This document shows positions 40,200-53,823 of a stretch of 64,000 bases of DNA, piece after piece. Within the stretch, counting starts at the first letter, position 1, and every line of letters begins with the position of its first letter. The notes under the pieces were generated by a model. It was given only the letters and a program-made list of their open reading frames with translations, was not told the origin of the DNA and ran no database searches. The stretch lies in NCBI GenBank assembly GCA_051530055.1, contig CM121343.1, positions 3,256,389 to 3,320,388 on the forward strand, written 5' to 3'. A program made the position numbers and the translations under genes. Source of the DNA: Neoechinorhynchus agilis. Lineage: Eukaryota > Animalia > Acanthocephala.

Positions 40200-42743
40200 A
40201 TGACGGTATTGTCGGTAGCAGTGGCGACAAATACGGGTCGGGTGTTGGTAGCTCGGCAATTCGTGGAGATGTCTCGTAATCGTGTTGAGAGTCTCTTATC
40301 ATCGTTTTCAAAACTCATTGGGAAGTCGTCTTTGAACACTTCTAATTCTCAACATACGTTCGTTGAGACCGAAGAAGTTCGATATGTATACCAATGCATC
40401 AATAATCGGATATATGCGATTGTACTCACCACTCTAGCCAGCAATATGATCGAAGATCTCGAGACTTTGCAGTTAGTCTCCATGGTCATTACGGATTGCT
40501 GCCGACCAGTGCTAACCGAGAAGGAGGTGACTAAAAATACATTTAGCTTGTTGTTTGCCTTGGACGAAATCATAGCGCTGGGGTACCGAGAAAATCTAAA
40601 TACTCAACAGTTAAAGGCGATATTAGAAATGGATTCTCATGACGAGAAGGTGTTCTTAGCAATGAGGGATAGTCAGTTAAGAGAAGCGAAGGAAAAGATG
40701 AAGGAAAAAGCTAGGGAACTTGATGCACTTCGCAAAAAACCTGTTAAATCCGGAGGTGTATCGATTACGTCAACACAAATTCAATTTATTCATGATAAAA
40801 AGGAAGTTCCTAGTTCCCTTAGGACGCCGGCAATTTCCTCCTCTGAAGCTGTTGCAACTTACCAACCAATCCGTCCTCGAAAAGGTCTTAAACTTGGAAG
40901 TAGTAAGAGAAAGGTAACATTGTAGTAATCGATCGGATTATGTTTAATCTTGTGAAATGCTACTTGATTTTCTAGCCCCATTATTAAGTTTTGTTTTATA
41001 AAAAATTAACACTTGCAGGAGGACTGCTGTAATGATTTTAGAAAAATGACTTTATTTCGAAACTTTCGCCGTCGGCTTCAGGAATCTACAAAGGCGACAT
41101 CAAAGTGTGGAAAGTTCGTCACGTCTTTTGAGTAGTTCTGGAGCTTTGTCGAGCTGTTGTCCTGAACTCTCCCTCACATTATTTGCGGAAATATAATCCC
41201 TTCGAACCGTCCGGGATATAAGTAGAGCTTTGGGAGTTGTTCCACCGGGTCCTTAGCTACAGACTAAGTGGTGTTTTGTCCATTCAATGCCTTTTTTTAT
41301 TATTTATCTTAAATCGCATACATTCATGTTTTTGGTAGCCTGTTGGCTAACTCACACACTTCAGAGGCGCTCAGCCTCACCCGAAGGGGGCCGATGAGCG
41401 ATCTCAAATCCGACCCAACCCTTCCAGTATCCTCGCAACCCCCGTGGAACCCAGCGATCAGTGGATTTGAACCAGCGACCAATCGAGCGCTTGTCTTCGC
41501 CCTCTTTTTCAAGTGTCAAATTTCAAAAACAAAACTACCTCTATTTTTCCAAATTGTTATATTTGGCGGCCTTTGAAACCCGAGCACGCATTTTTATAAA
41601 ATTAAAAGAAATTCTTGGTGATTAGCTATATACTACACTGTTACCTCATAGGACCGAAAAGACTTCGAATATAATCGATGAAATTTCGTCCAGTTCAGTT
41701 CAACCGAAGTTTATCGAAGATGAAGTTGACTATACGCCCATTGGAAGACGGTTAGTATTTTCTAAGGCTTTACTCGTTTAGATTATGCTGTAGAGTCCAT
41801 TTTCAATTGGAAGAGAAGATAAGTGCGACATATACTCGAGATGCCGGTTTCCAATCGATGGAAGTCTCAGGAACTTTGTATTGCACAATACACAACGAGG
41901 AATTTAGGAAGATTCGAATTAAAGTGGATACTAGCTCAAGAGATTTTAATCAGAAACCACTTCAAATTCAGGTTAGTAGAAAGGGAGATTTTTTTACTTT
42001 TTAAAATAACGTGTTTATGTAGACGCATCCTCATATTGACAAAAAACTTTTTCAAAAGGACGGCATTGTTGGTCTTCGTGACTCGGATAAACCATTTCCA
42101 CTCAATCAATCAATATTTCTACTTAAATGGCATTTAACTTCGGATATGCAATCTGATTCGCCTCTGAATGGTACGCGTGCGCCTTGTGCGTTTTTGCTGT
42201 TCAATTTTGCCCTTATCAGTCGTGTGTTGGCCAACGAAGGTATCCAATGGCGTTGAAATGACAATCGAATATCACCTCAATCTGCCAATAACTTTGACGA
42301 ATGTGGCACTTCGTATACCGTTACCGTAAGTAAATTTAATCGTTTCACAATTATACCCCCATTTTTCGTGTTCTTTTTTTCTCGTCAGATTAGGAGCAAA
42401 GACATTAGTTAATAGTTGCAGTGGCGAGCACGAAATCAGTAACAATTCCGGGAGTCATGCTCTTGTCTGGTCTCAATCTGTTGTCGACGAGACAAACGAT
42501 CAAGGACTTTTTGAATTTGTCATACAAGGTAGTTGCACCGAGGACGACCTCTTTCCAATTCACGTGAATTTTTCGTCGACTGAATTAATTTGCGGCGTAA
42601 AGGTTAGAGCAATGCTTTGTTGTCATATTCAATAATGATTGATTTTAAAGGTCGACCAAGTCTATCTTAACGTTTCTTATGATGAGGAGGTTTCATTCAG
42701 CTTACAGACAAATCTAGTCTGCTCAAAATTTGTCGTTATCTAA
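40200..42743 (+). CDS. ARCN1: Coatomer subunit delta, multi-exon
   Basis: MTVLSVAV..LVARQFVEMSRNRVESLL..HTFVETEEVRYVYQ..EDLETL..FALDEIIALGYRE..MDSHDEK; mu-homology domain exons QTHPHIDKKLF, KPFP, VVCWP, DLFPIHVNF. Confidence 0.95.
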
Positions 42744-43081
42744 CTGAAGTTAAAGTTAATTTTAACGAGAATGATGGGCATGCAAAAATGTGCGTTTGAA
42801 AGTTTTATGGATTCACATAGGACTTTCATTAATATAGAATTTCACGTACCTTTCAAGAGTTTTAACGGTCGAAATTATTCACATCCTCTTCTTAGTTTGC
42901 GAAGGATTCAGAATTTCACTGGACATATTCACACGAACTATGTTTTTTTCTCGACAACCCGAATAAACGCACTCATTACTAATTTTAGCCGTAAAAAAGA
43001 TTAAACTATTGATAATATTCACCGAAATTTAACGACACGTTATGTTTCAAAAGCACAATAAACTCACATTGCTTGATTAAT

Positions 43082-43219
43082 GTTTGTTTAAGGGGCGAAA
43101 AATTGAAGGAATTGTATTAAATGCGATACTTACGAGCAACCTTGATGAAGGCACAATATTGTGGCTCCGAAATATCGAATTCAATGCAATTCCTTCAATT
43201 TTTCGCCCCTTAAACAAAC
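43082..43219 (+). mobile_element. Hairpin mini-element enclosing a family-B hammerhead with a U3.G8 core
   Basis: 33-bp inverted arms; UUGAUGA-A-GGCAC..GUGGCUCC-GAAAUAUC at 43142-43176. Confidence 0.75.
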
Positions 43220-44908
43220 TCACATTTGTGAAAATGTGGGTTTGCCGTTTTCACAAAGTCTTAAACGCATGTTTATTTTGCGAATGTCATATGAAGTGGT
43301 TTTGATTTTAGTCAAAAAGCATGCTCTCCAGTCTAAATAGAGATTAGCGAAACCAAGTGATTTCCATTCACCACAAACATTTACAAAAATTACCTGATCT
43401 CGGAAAATAACGGCAAATAATCAAATTGCCTCCTTATTTTTTATTTGCGATAGAACGAATTTATTTCCGTTTCTTTTGACTTTTTTCGTCCTAATTTTCT
43501 AAATGCTTATAATTTTAATATGAATTCAGATTAATATTCAACAGTTTGATTGTTACAAACTGATTTTCCTTTTGTTTAAATACCTTTTAAATGCATAAAT
43601 CCTTCGCATTTTAAATAAAACTGTTTTTATTCCGCTTGCTATTCTTGCTTTTTATGATAAATCTCAATTCCCTTTGAGTGCGATTTATCGAACACTACAC
43701 ACTTGAACGTCTATTTTTCGGTCTCACGCAGCAATATAATCGATTACTAGACTTCTTATATTCTAATCCTAATAAATGTGTAGTTCAAACAATCGATTGC
43801 ATCCGACTGAGTTTACGCATACGAAAATCGAGGATCTCTTTCTCAAAACCGTTTGTTTTAAACTCACAGACAACGAAGTTTACCTTGTCTGAGGCTATTT
43901 TCTCTTTGAGATGGAATTACAAAGCCAGAAATGCAACAGGCTGCATGCTAAAATATTAATCTCATGCAAATCCTGACTTTATATTCATGGAGTTTCAATC
44001 GAAAGACGTTCCCTGGTTTCCTTACTAATTAGAGTTCTGCTTTAAAGTAGAACGAGAACTTTTTAAGAGCGATCCAAATCATCGGAAATGGTTTAAAGAA
44101 ACCTTCTCCAAACCACATCTAAGATTTCATTTCGATGCCATAGGAAAAAGTGCAAATTTTAATAATATGGCGTTAATTTTTACTAGCTATATTTCCAATG
44201 TTTATTAGGACCATTAAACGAACCTTGGACAAAAAAAATTCTCCCTCGTCTTAAATCTCTTTTATCTTCATAAAAGAATTGCAACCCTTCTCATTCTACG
44301 TTTTCTTTGAACAGCCACAGTGTTGACGAACCGCATAATGCCTACTCCAGATTCTCTTGGGATACGAAATGTGGAGAATGTGAAATCTAAAAGACAACAA
44401 TCGAATGTCTCTACTGCATAATGTTCATCTATTTGCTGAAAAAATCCCGGAGGTCTATTACAGAATTCCATTTTTAGGTTCCTACAAATTACCTTTATTC
44501 TGTCTTCTTTGTAAAAATCAAACCAATAATTCTATTCTGGAATTTTCTAAAAATTTGTCATTCGACGCCATTTTGAAACTACGGCCCTTTATCGTCCATA
44601 GCTGCCCATCAGTCGCTCCCGTTATTGATTTATCGCTGAATAAACAATCCGGTTTTAACAATGAGGATAAAAATCTGTCAATAATGTACATGAGTAGCAA
44701 ACTACTCACGAGCATGATATAACTGACTAAATAGCCAAACATAATTGATTTTGTAGTAATTAAAAGCGTTTTTTCCGCAGCCTGATGAAAAAAGTATACT
44801 AAGATTGTGAACTCAGCGATTTGTGCAACTCTAAAAGTATAAAATCAATGAAGGAACACATTTAAAGACGAACCGAAATGTCATATATCATTGTGTTCGG
44901 GGTAAATT

Positions 44909-45066
44909 TGATTGTACGTTGGCGAATCCTGTCCCCGTCCTCGAATATTTAAAAACTTACAAGCAATAGCGACTGAAGAGGCAAGGAGAACCTTGTGAAA
45001 TATTTCGCAATCAATAAATAAGTATCGATAACGCCGGGAACGGGGTTCGCCAACCTACAAACAAAT
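44909..45066 (+). ncRNA. Minimal type I hammerhead ribozyme within short inverted arms
   Basis: GCGA-CUGAAGA-G-GCAAGG agaa CCUUGU-GAAAUAUU-UCGC at 44969-45008; flanks gttggcgaatcc / ggttcgccaac. Confidence 0.85.
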
Positions 45067-46150
45067 CGAAATGAACATTCTCCGGGAATAGATGGAATTC
45101 TGCTTTCAAACAAAAGAAATACCTCTAACGTCCAATTAAGGTTCCTCTAACAATGTTATCGGGTGCGCCTAGGGATCGTAAATACATTTTAGGACAAGAT
45201 CAAACCTTTTGTAGAGAATAACAATCTCCGTTCATTGTATAAGCGAACTATGGATCTTTTTTAAATGTGAAGAACAAATACAATAAGAAAAAAAGGTCAG
45301 TTGTCCGAGCTATTAAATTCGCATAAGCCAACTTGTTTAAAAAATAAATTCATTGTGATAATTTTTTATGGTATACAAATATCGACTGATTTAATTGCTA
45401 GAATTTTGTTTTTAAAAATTTATTCTTAAATACTAAGAATGGCATCGAGACGTTCCGATCGTTTTTTACTGCGACGCAGGACATCGTGAATCAATTGTCC
45501 AAGAGACTGAGACGAATGACTAACGATCCGAGGGTATCCTCTGCGTAAAGCTTTGTCAAAAAATTTGCTTCAAGTTCCGGGATATATTGCGTATTAACTT
45601 GGGACTATGCTGGAAGAAAATCCACAATTGTTAAATGGGGAGGTTCTATTTTAGAGTACAGGATTTCGAATTTATATCCAGTATGAAAAGTTTAGATATT
45701 TACTTAAAATGGCCTAATTGACGTTTGTTAATATTATGGACGCAATGGGAAGGAACGCTGTATCCGTCCTTTCGACCACTAAGGCAGCTGAGTGATCCAG
45801 AAAGACGGTGAATGACCTTATGGCTTAAAATTATAGGTTTAATGTTATCAGGATCGATTTTGTCAACTGTAACTAAACAGTGAAATTATCAGCTCTTCTT
45901 AAATTGATTTTGCAGAAGGCACATCAAATTGAATATTAAAAAAATATTTTTTGTCTCTAACTTGCATAACAATGGTCCGCTAGGTGATTTTTCTATGTGA
46001 GTGAAAGGTGACGCGTACCTTACAGTGGACTTTTATGGCTATCTAAATACACTCACGACGTACTCACGAATGTTTTTGCACTTCTTACATTATAATCGGC
46101 CCTCGTTTTCTTAAGAAAATCCCTAGAATGCTTCTTATTGTTTCCTTAGA

Positions 46151-47270
46151 TTCTAAGGCACATTGAATTGGTGGACCAAATGAATTTTTTTTAATCGGTT
46201 GATTTCAATGGACAACATCCGGTTATTCATCGACAGAGAAAATCCTTCGGGTCAATCAAAGGATAATTTTGGTGAAAATACTCCCGGTAATAGCAAATTT
46301 GATTTTGATTTGAGATATTTCGAAGGAGGTAACCTAAATTCTAAGGCACGTTGAATTGGTGGACCAAATGAACTTTTTTTAATCGGTTGATTTCAATGGA
46401 CAACATCCGGTTATTCATCGACAGAGAAAACCCTTCGGGTTCATCAAAGGATAATTTTGGTGAAAATACTCCCGGTAATAGCAAATTTGATTTGAGATAT
46501 TTTGAAGGAGGTAACCTAAATTCTAAGGCACATTGAATTGGTGGACCAAATGGACTTTTTTTAATCGGTTGATTTCAATGGACAACATCCGGTTATTCAT
46601 CGACAGAGAAAACCCTTCGGGTTAATCAAAGGATAATTTTGGTGAACATACTCCCGGTAATAGCAAATTTGATTTTGATTTGAGATATTTTGAAGGAGGT
46701 AACCTAGATTCTAAGGCACATTGAATTGGTGGACCAAATGGACTTTTTTTAATCGGTTGATTTCAATGGACAACATCCGGTTATTCATCGACAGAGAAAA
46801 TCCTTCGGGTTAATCAAAGGATAATTTTGGTGAAAATACTCCCGGTAATAGCAAATTTGATTTTGATTTGAGATATTTTGAAGGAGGTAACCTAGATTCT
46901 AAGGCACATTGAATTGGTGGACCAAATGGACTTTTTTTAATCGGTTGATTTCAATGGACAACATCCGGTTATTCATCGACAGAGAAAATCCTTCGGGTTT
47001 ATCAAAGGATAATTTTGGTGAACATACTCCCGGTAATAGCAAATTTGATTTTGATTTGAGATATTTCGAAGGAGGTAACCTAAATTCTAAGGCACGTTGA
47101 ATTGGTGGACCAAATGGACTTTTTTTAATCGGTTGATTTCAATGGACAACATCCGGTTATTCATCGACAGAGAAAATCCTTCGGGTCAATCAAAGGATAA
47201 TTTTGGTGAACATACTCCCGGTAATAGCAAATTTGATTTTGATTTGAGATATTTCGAAGGAGGTAACCTC
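46151..47270. repeat. Tandem array, ~188-bp unit, 6 copies, carrying only the 3' half of the family-E hammerhead
   Basis: ttctaaggcac recurs at 46151, 46339, 46521, 46709, 46897 and 47085. Confidence 0.95.
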
Positions 47271-47854
47271 GCCTCCTCATCAGTCATTGGTTGTAAGTTT
47301 TTAAATATGTGTGGCTCGGATACTTTTCACTAAGCCGATGTTACTCCTGGGATCTTGAACGGGCCATCGCATGTTTCGTCAACGAGTCGGGACCCGGCCC
47401 GAACGGCCTAAGCTCTCTGCACTTGAAAGATATTCTCAGCTATGAACCAATTCAGTTGGGTTGCGCGGAACTGAGATGACTGTTCACGCCACACGAACTT
47501 TGGTCGAAAACAGTGTCGATCCAACGGCGTTCCTTAAGGTGGACTTTCGAAAAGATTTCAGAACTGTCAATGGGACGGCCCAAACCATTGCGAACGATGA
47601 ACCGGAGGCCTACGGATACTTCGTAACGGCTCATGGAACTAAAACCCCTTGATATACGAAGTCCGTGCTTTCTGGTCAGAGACTGGAGTGCATCAGTGGG
47701 GTCCGTCGGACACAGTCGCAAATTCAAAAGTTGGTACCTCGATGATGCCACACATATTTAAAATTTTACAACCAATGACTGATGAGGAGGCGAGATTACC
47801 TCCTTCGAAATATCTCAAATTTGCTATTACCGGGAGTATGTTCACCAAAATTAT
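47180..47854. mobile_element. Inverted family-E hammerhead arms enclosing a 431-bp cargo
   Basis: Cores at 47248-47283 (-) and 47779-47814 (+): CUGAUGA-G-GAGG(C)GAG../CCUCCUUC-GAAAUAUC; arms end at 47315 and start at 47747. Confidence 0.85.
47340..47720 (+). pseudogene. Internally deleted RT fragment of a CRE-like non-LTR element
   Basis: SGPGPNGLSSLHLKDIL, PIQLG..GTEMTVHATR, FLKVDFRKDF, EPEAYGYF..AHG..SETGVHQ resemble CRE-clade RT motifs (recalled). Confidence 0.65.
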
Positions 47855-48166
47855 ACATATTTGGTTATAAAGATTCCGCTGAAGTACGCGGCGATTCCTA
47901 ATGGATTTTTAGTTTTGCGACGTTCCCGATCATTTAAATTTTTTCTAATTTCCCTGATATTTCACTTGTCGGATAATTCCGACATTTCCCCATGGTTTGT
48001 GATTGTTAGCAATAACGAAATATCGGGGAAATAAATTATAAATATTTTTAAAATCCTTGGGAGGGTGGCAAAACTACAAAAAAAAAGAAATAATCCAAGA
48101 AGTTATGTCTTTTATTCTTCATGACACAAATGATGGCATTGTTTTTATAGATACTACCTTCGAACA

Positions 48167-48562
48167 ATGCAATCATCGTCTTCATCTTCCACATCTTCGC
48201 AATCATCCACATACCGGAGACCGATCATCTTCGATAAGTACATTTGCAAGATTTGCGGTATTGCACGAAACCAATTCTCACTAACCGATTGTTGCCATAA
48301 GCCATTGTGTGTCGATTGCAAGGCTAACATAATGAGTTTGTGCTCATTCGTGGCACATATTCAGCAAGAGGAGATCGAAAACAACGAGCGAGATAAAATT
48401 AATGGCAGTAGTAAACCCCGGTGCTTCTTTTCATGCCCGTTTCCAAAATGCAACCGAAAATACGCTGGTACCGGTCTGCAGGGTAAACGAACTCGAAAAA
48501 GGAAACTGGATGTTCCCAACTTTCGTCTCAACTCACATGAAGAGGTCAAAGGACAATTATGA
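48167..48562 (+). CDS. Small Cys-rich RING-like protein with a basic C-terminal patch
   Basis: CKIC..DCCHKPLCVDC..CPFPKC; KRTRKRK. Confidence 0.5.
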   Translation: MQSSSSSSTSSQSSTYRRPIIFDKYICKICGIARNQFSLTDCCHKPLCVDCKANIMSLCSFVAHIQQEEIENNERDKINGSSKPRCFFSCPFPKCNRKYAGTGLQGKRTRKRKLDVPNFRLNSHEEVKGQL

Positions 48563-49077
48563 AACAGAAGAGGAAATGTATTGTGGTAAGATCTGTTCAA
48601 CTGTTTGATATTTTTTGTTACATGTTTGACGATGAAAACAATCCTGAAAGGCTGAAAATTCGCGTGAAGCTCCCAAATCGCTATTAGCATAACTCATAAA
48701 AAATACACTTGCTTTAAGTTCTTTAAACAAGTCCGAGAATAATTGCTTAAAAATTATCAATTATGTATTCAGGAAGGACGATGTTTTTAAACGTGAGCAT
48801 AGCTTTTGGAGAGCACTTTTGTGATTGCAATCTCCAAAACTAGACAGATAACCAAGGATATAAATAATAAGGAATTAACTTAGACGAAAACAGCGGCCAC
48901 TTAGTGAAAGAGGCGTTTTTTAGCGATGTGCGTGCAAAGCTTAGGACTAAATTTTCGTTTTAAACGACCACTTCCATGAAAGCAATAACGTAGTTTCTTT
49001 ATCCGCTACAAGCGATCAAACACTAATCTTACAAGCAGGTGAATTTTAAACCTTTAAAAAGTATCTTTCATATCATT

Positions 49078-50640
49078 TCAAATGTAGTAAACACGATTAA
49101 TCCACGGGCGGTATTGTAAAGCTTCTAAGATAGTGTTTAAATTGTTCCTTGAGAAGATAATATTGAGAAATAAATGAAGTTTAGACGCAACGTTGTGCAT
49201 AAAGTTCTCGAAGGTCGGCTTATGGTAATCTTCGTAATTAAGATAGTTAAGTCTTCGCATAATTTCAATTTACCATTTACCTTTCGTACCACCACTAAAG
49301 GAGTGACCCGTTCGACGTTTTCTGCTGCGCTTACTGGAGTGATTACTCCTTGCTCAACCAATCTGTCAATCTTGCTTTTTACCGGCTGTTGTAGCGCTGT
49401 CCTCGTCCTGACGTTCAAATAAATCTAGAGGTCTTTAATTGTCTTACCATCCATCTCAAACACTTTAGGATAGTTACCTCGCAGTCTTTGTATTTGTTCT
49501 TCTGACTTGGTTAACCTGGACGACTGTAGCAGGAATCATGAGGCTCATCTCGATCGTCCATGTAAGTCCGAATAATCGCGTTTCCACTCCTGGCACCACA
49601 GTCATCTCCATTCGTCGTGTGATGTCCTTATACCTGACATTAACTTCGCATTTGCCTTGCGGAACGTCGATCACCTCCATACGTTCTTAGTGGTTTTGCC
49701 GGCTCCAGTCGATGTTGCCCTATCACCTTCCACACATTTTCCGGGATGATAGATGTGGGTGCCCCATGTTGAACTGTATCAGAACCTGGTGCCCGTCGAT
49801 TATTGTCTAAATCTGAGCCATTGATCGTCCCCTTAACTCGCGGATGTTTTCAGTGGCTGTGTGGTTCGCATGTTCATCTTCGCTCTAAACGTCTACTGAT
49901 ATCCTATTGACTCTGTACCGGCAACATCTTACCAAATCGCCCAACTTACCACATTTGTAACATTTCGCCGTCTTCGTTCGACAATCGATAACACCATTCG
50001 CATGTCGACTGCTACATCGTGAGCATCTACTTCTGCTGGACTGGTATTTCCTAGTGTTTCTCGTTCTTTGTCGACATTCCCTTCCATTTTCTCGGATGCC
50101 ACCAGATTCAAAGCCTTTTTAGTTTACTCATAGGCCGCCGCCGCAATGTTCATAACCTTGTTGAGTGATTGTGTGGATCCCCGAAGCACCTCTTCGTGAG
50201 GGGTGAAGCGAACAATTGCATCGCTGATCTGGAAGGGTGCCGCACTTTGCCCGTCCATAATGCTCGTTTTGAAAAAATTGCATCCTTTTACGGCTTACCC
50301 CGGTTTTAATGCGGCTGCGTGGAATCTGTTGCGCGTCGGGATTTCATGAGCCCTTTCGCCATAAAGGTGGTCCAACGCTTTTATTAACGGTTCATAGTCC
50401 ATATCCGTCGGCTTTTGGAACCCAATGCTCATAGATAGCCTATCGAAAAAGGATGCGCTCAACCACGATAACAGGCATTTCTTTTTCATGGTTTCATCGA
50501 CCACATCATTTAGCTCGAAGTGCTGTTCCAGCTTTGTAGCATCTCCGATTTCTCGAAATACCTGAACGGTGTTATTTTCGTTTATGGTGAATTCGACGAT
50601 TGACTTATTGTGTTCATAGGCAGCTGTTGAGTCACTATTT
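49078..50640 (-). mobile_element. Decayed Ty3/gypsy LTR retrotransposon (gag, protease, start of RT)
   Basis: KLEQHFELNDV..KKCLLSWL gag; LFGLTW protease end; IDRLVEQGVITPV..TPLVVVRKVNGKLKLCED RT start. Confidence 0.85.
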
Positions 50641-51263
50641 CCTCCAGTAACGGGCTTTGTGGCTCCAAAAGTTTTCTTAGATATTCTACGCTCATACTTG
50701 GCACCTCGTCGACTGCTTCCTTCTACACCTTGCTCCCTGTTTCCTCGTCCAAGCGATCATATCTTAATAATCAACTGCTCACATCTAAAACACACTCACA
50801 AGCCATCATTTAACTACCATGAGTGGCAACGTCATCATTACACCTACAAGTTGTTTAGAGTTGTGGTTTTTCTGGTGTAGAACTTTGATTGATGTGAGTG
50901 TATCGCTATTAAGTATTGGCTTAGACCTGTAAAAAGATGGCTACTGACTTTCATATCTATAAATTGTGAAAAGTGAACGTTCGTCCTTATAATTAAAAGA
51001 ACTGTTGGCGTCCTTTTCGTCGAATGTATCAAGTACCGGGGCGGATACGCATGCGGATTTTTGTTGGAATTCAGGTTTCTGATAAAATCGACGAAGTTAA
51101 AAAATTCTTAGCTTGGCGTATGCATCTCGGATTTGGAAATTAGACGAATATATACGGACTACTCTCAACGATTGCTGATAGTAATTATATAACACGAAAA
51201 ACTAAGAAGATCGCATTCATATGTACATTCCTCGAACAATCCAATGCTGCAGATATTTAACAA

Positions 51264-52277
51264 TTAGATCACGCTCTTTACGTTAACGGTCAATAGAAAA
51301 TTGTACAGTGCTGAAATTTGATGTTGACCTTCGATTCTATATTCGTTCAAATCGATTTCTTTGGCGTTCATTTCGACTCGGATGGAGAAGTCATGCAAAA
51401 CCGTAACATAGATCACCTTCATGTATCTAGACAACTTCAAACGGCATTCAGCTTGTTCGTTCACGTTGTCTGTAACGACTGCCTGCGAGCACTTAAAATG
51501 CATTGGCTTCCCGATGTTCCGAACTAAAGTCATGATAAAATTCGCCATTGTCATGTGTATTGCAAGGATATCAAATTTCTTAGTCTCTCACAAGTGAGGT
51601 CCTTGCTCTATAGCACGTTCAACAGAGGCAGAGTCTTGATGAAAGTTATCAATCAATCCTGATCTACACAGAACAATGTTATTTCTTTCAACTGATAAAA
51701 TCATCCGAACTGGAGCATAGCAACGGAAATCACGGGTATATATTGCCAATCGGAAACTTGTTCTAGGCTGGCATCGTTTGGACACCTCATCAGTTTGAAA
51801 CGACCAAAGTCGATGATCGGCATATGGACAAATACATAAGTAGGATGCAAGTGTAACATTATCGGAAACCTTAGATAGCTTATCCATTAATTTCTTAAGA
51901 GTATCAACCATATTTAAATGATATGTGTTTACTAGCAGAGCATCAAAGAGCCATAAATTCAATTGAGGACCAGATTCAATTTTGCTTGTCTGACACAAAA
52001 CACCGGCATGGATATTTGTTTGTTTAGTTGTCATTGAAGAGATGTAGGGTTTAATACTGTACTTCGTAGGCAAACGGAAAAACCAAAACTTAATGATGAG
52101 CATCTGAATAATCCGTTTGAGAAACAAAACTTTGCTGTTGGTTCCTTCACTCGTGTAGTAATCAGAGCACGTGGATTGATCCTCAATACAGATTTGATTA
52201 TCACTTCCAATGTCTACAATTAATACATCATCACTTTTGTTGCGCCATTCCTGTTCTATTAATCCAAGACTTTGCAA
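51264..52277 (-). CDS. DONSON: DONSON-like replication protein; termini not fully resolved
   Basis: LPTKYSIK (cf. PVDWSIK); spliced GPHLYMKVIYVTVL (cf. CPYFYVCTYQFTVL); ISALYNFLL..KSV (cf. TLLNFLIN.KSL). Confidence 0.6.
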
Positions 52278-52828
52278 TCAGCATAAAGCGAATTTAAACA
52301 AACTTTAACAAAACATTTTTAACTCTCCATAAGCCGCTTGTAGAAAAGCCAATCGTGATTCACCAGGTAAAATTAAGAAATTCATCCAATATTAGTATTT
52401 GTAAAATAATGAAATAACTTGAGCAACCAACAGAAGACGGTTCGACACACGATGTAAAATATTATGGGAGCACGAGCGGAAATAGCTAGGGTGTAAGTTG
52501 GCAGCTTGTGAATTCAGGTAGACGTTCTAGAATTTCTTAGAAATACGATTACTTTTCCAAGTAGAAACATCGTCACTCGGGCTAATTCAATGCTTATGGT
52601 ATGTATATTTAGGATATAAACTCGACTATAGACCATGTTGATCAGCTTCTCGCAGAAATCGCGATCATCTTTATGCGTGTAATGAAAAATTAGCCAATAG
52701 AACAAAACGATATTCAAAAAAATAATAGACAATTATTATTTGGTATGAACCAATTTAGAACGATAAAGCACGAAAAATGCTTTTTGATTACAAAGCCTTG
52801 TTCTACAGTCCTTTGCCTCCTCTGAGCT

Positions 52829-53712
52829 TTAAGCTAAACAATGTTCATGGATTAGATATCCTAAAAAAAGAACAAATACCGTTCGGACTAAGTCGTAAAC
52901 AAACAACGACCATCGAGCCAATCTCACATTGTCCGCCCCACGAGGTTCATTAGTTTTTCTACCGTGATTTATCATGTCAAAAGTAGCAATAGCTTGCGTC
53001 GTTTCATTTCCAATAAGCCTCATACGGTAGGTAGGAGGTTGGGCCGGGAAAATAATGATCATTTCGTTGCCTTGTACAATTTCGAACCTTGGAGGAGAAA
53101 ATAGTCCAAACTTTGCGTTGTAGGTAGCATTCAATGGGCATTGGTTTATATATTCACTTAATTTAACTCCGCCTACAAACTTAATTGTAGGATCATGAAA
53201 CATCTTGAAACACCACCGATATCTCAATGCCACGAGGGATTGATGAAAGTTTGCAAACGCAGCGGCATTTGTAGATCTCAGAATCCGGATATGCGCATAA
53301 GATAATATTTGAACGACAAAGTTTTGCAAACACTGTTCAAAAAAATGCGACTGCTTTTAAGTTTTACAGCACTTCACCTACCGATAATACGACTGATTTC
53401 TGCGTAGAAGACACTGCGTTATTATTTGTAGCAGTGAGTTGAGTTTGAGTTAAACAGTAGTTCATGCCTTGATCTTTGCCTGCCAATTTTAGCATACTTA
53501 CCATATCTTGCACTAAGTTGCGGCCAATACTAAAAATTGCTATAAATGTAAATATATTTTAAGCTCAATAATCGCACCGCTAACCTTAATTTAGTGCATA
53601 GATTCGTCAGTGGTACTTTATCGAAACATAGACCGTCCAATTCAGCGGCCGTCAGAAACACGGATTCCAACATCCGACCAAGCATAAAGGAAATATTCGT
53701 TGATCTGTTCAA
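52829..53712 (-). CDS. Unidentified multi-exon protein with a C-terminal hydrophobic segment
   Basis: 166-aa ORF plus upstream exons joinable by GT..AG; family not recognised. Confidence 0.45.
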
Positions 53713-53823
53713 AAAAGAGACATTTTAGTTCGAATCGCAATGTCACTTACTCCGAACAATTATCATCATCATTTCCGGAGCGCTCTCTTAATGAATCGAT
53801 CAATTTTGAATAGAAGGAGATTG

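Noticed and set aside
41380-41510. GC-rich segment with a ggttcaaatcc B-box on the minus strand in the delta-COP intron
   Set aside because: No clear A-box and no second copy in the window, so too weak to call a SINE or tRNA
40914-41651. Phase mismatch in the first delta-COP intron
   Set aside because: An in-frame TAG acceptor at 41625 resolves it canonically
47947-48030. Small palindrome with GAAAUAUC ends
   Set aside because: The catalytic core is too degenerate to call a ribozyme; probably an old remnant
51555-51590. In-frame TGA between two same-frame ORFs of the DONSON-like gene
   Set aside because: A GTGAGA donor joined to the tgtctag acceptor about 160 nt downstream restores a DONSON-like PxxYxxxxxxTVL motif
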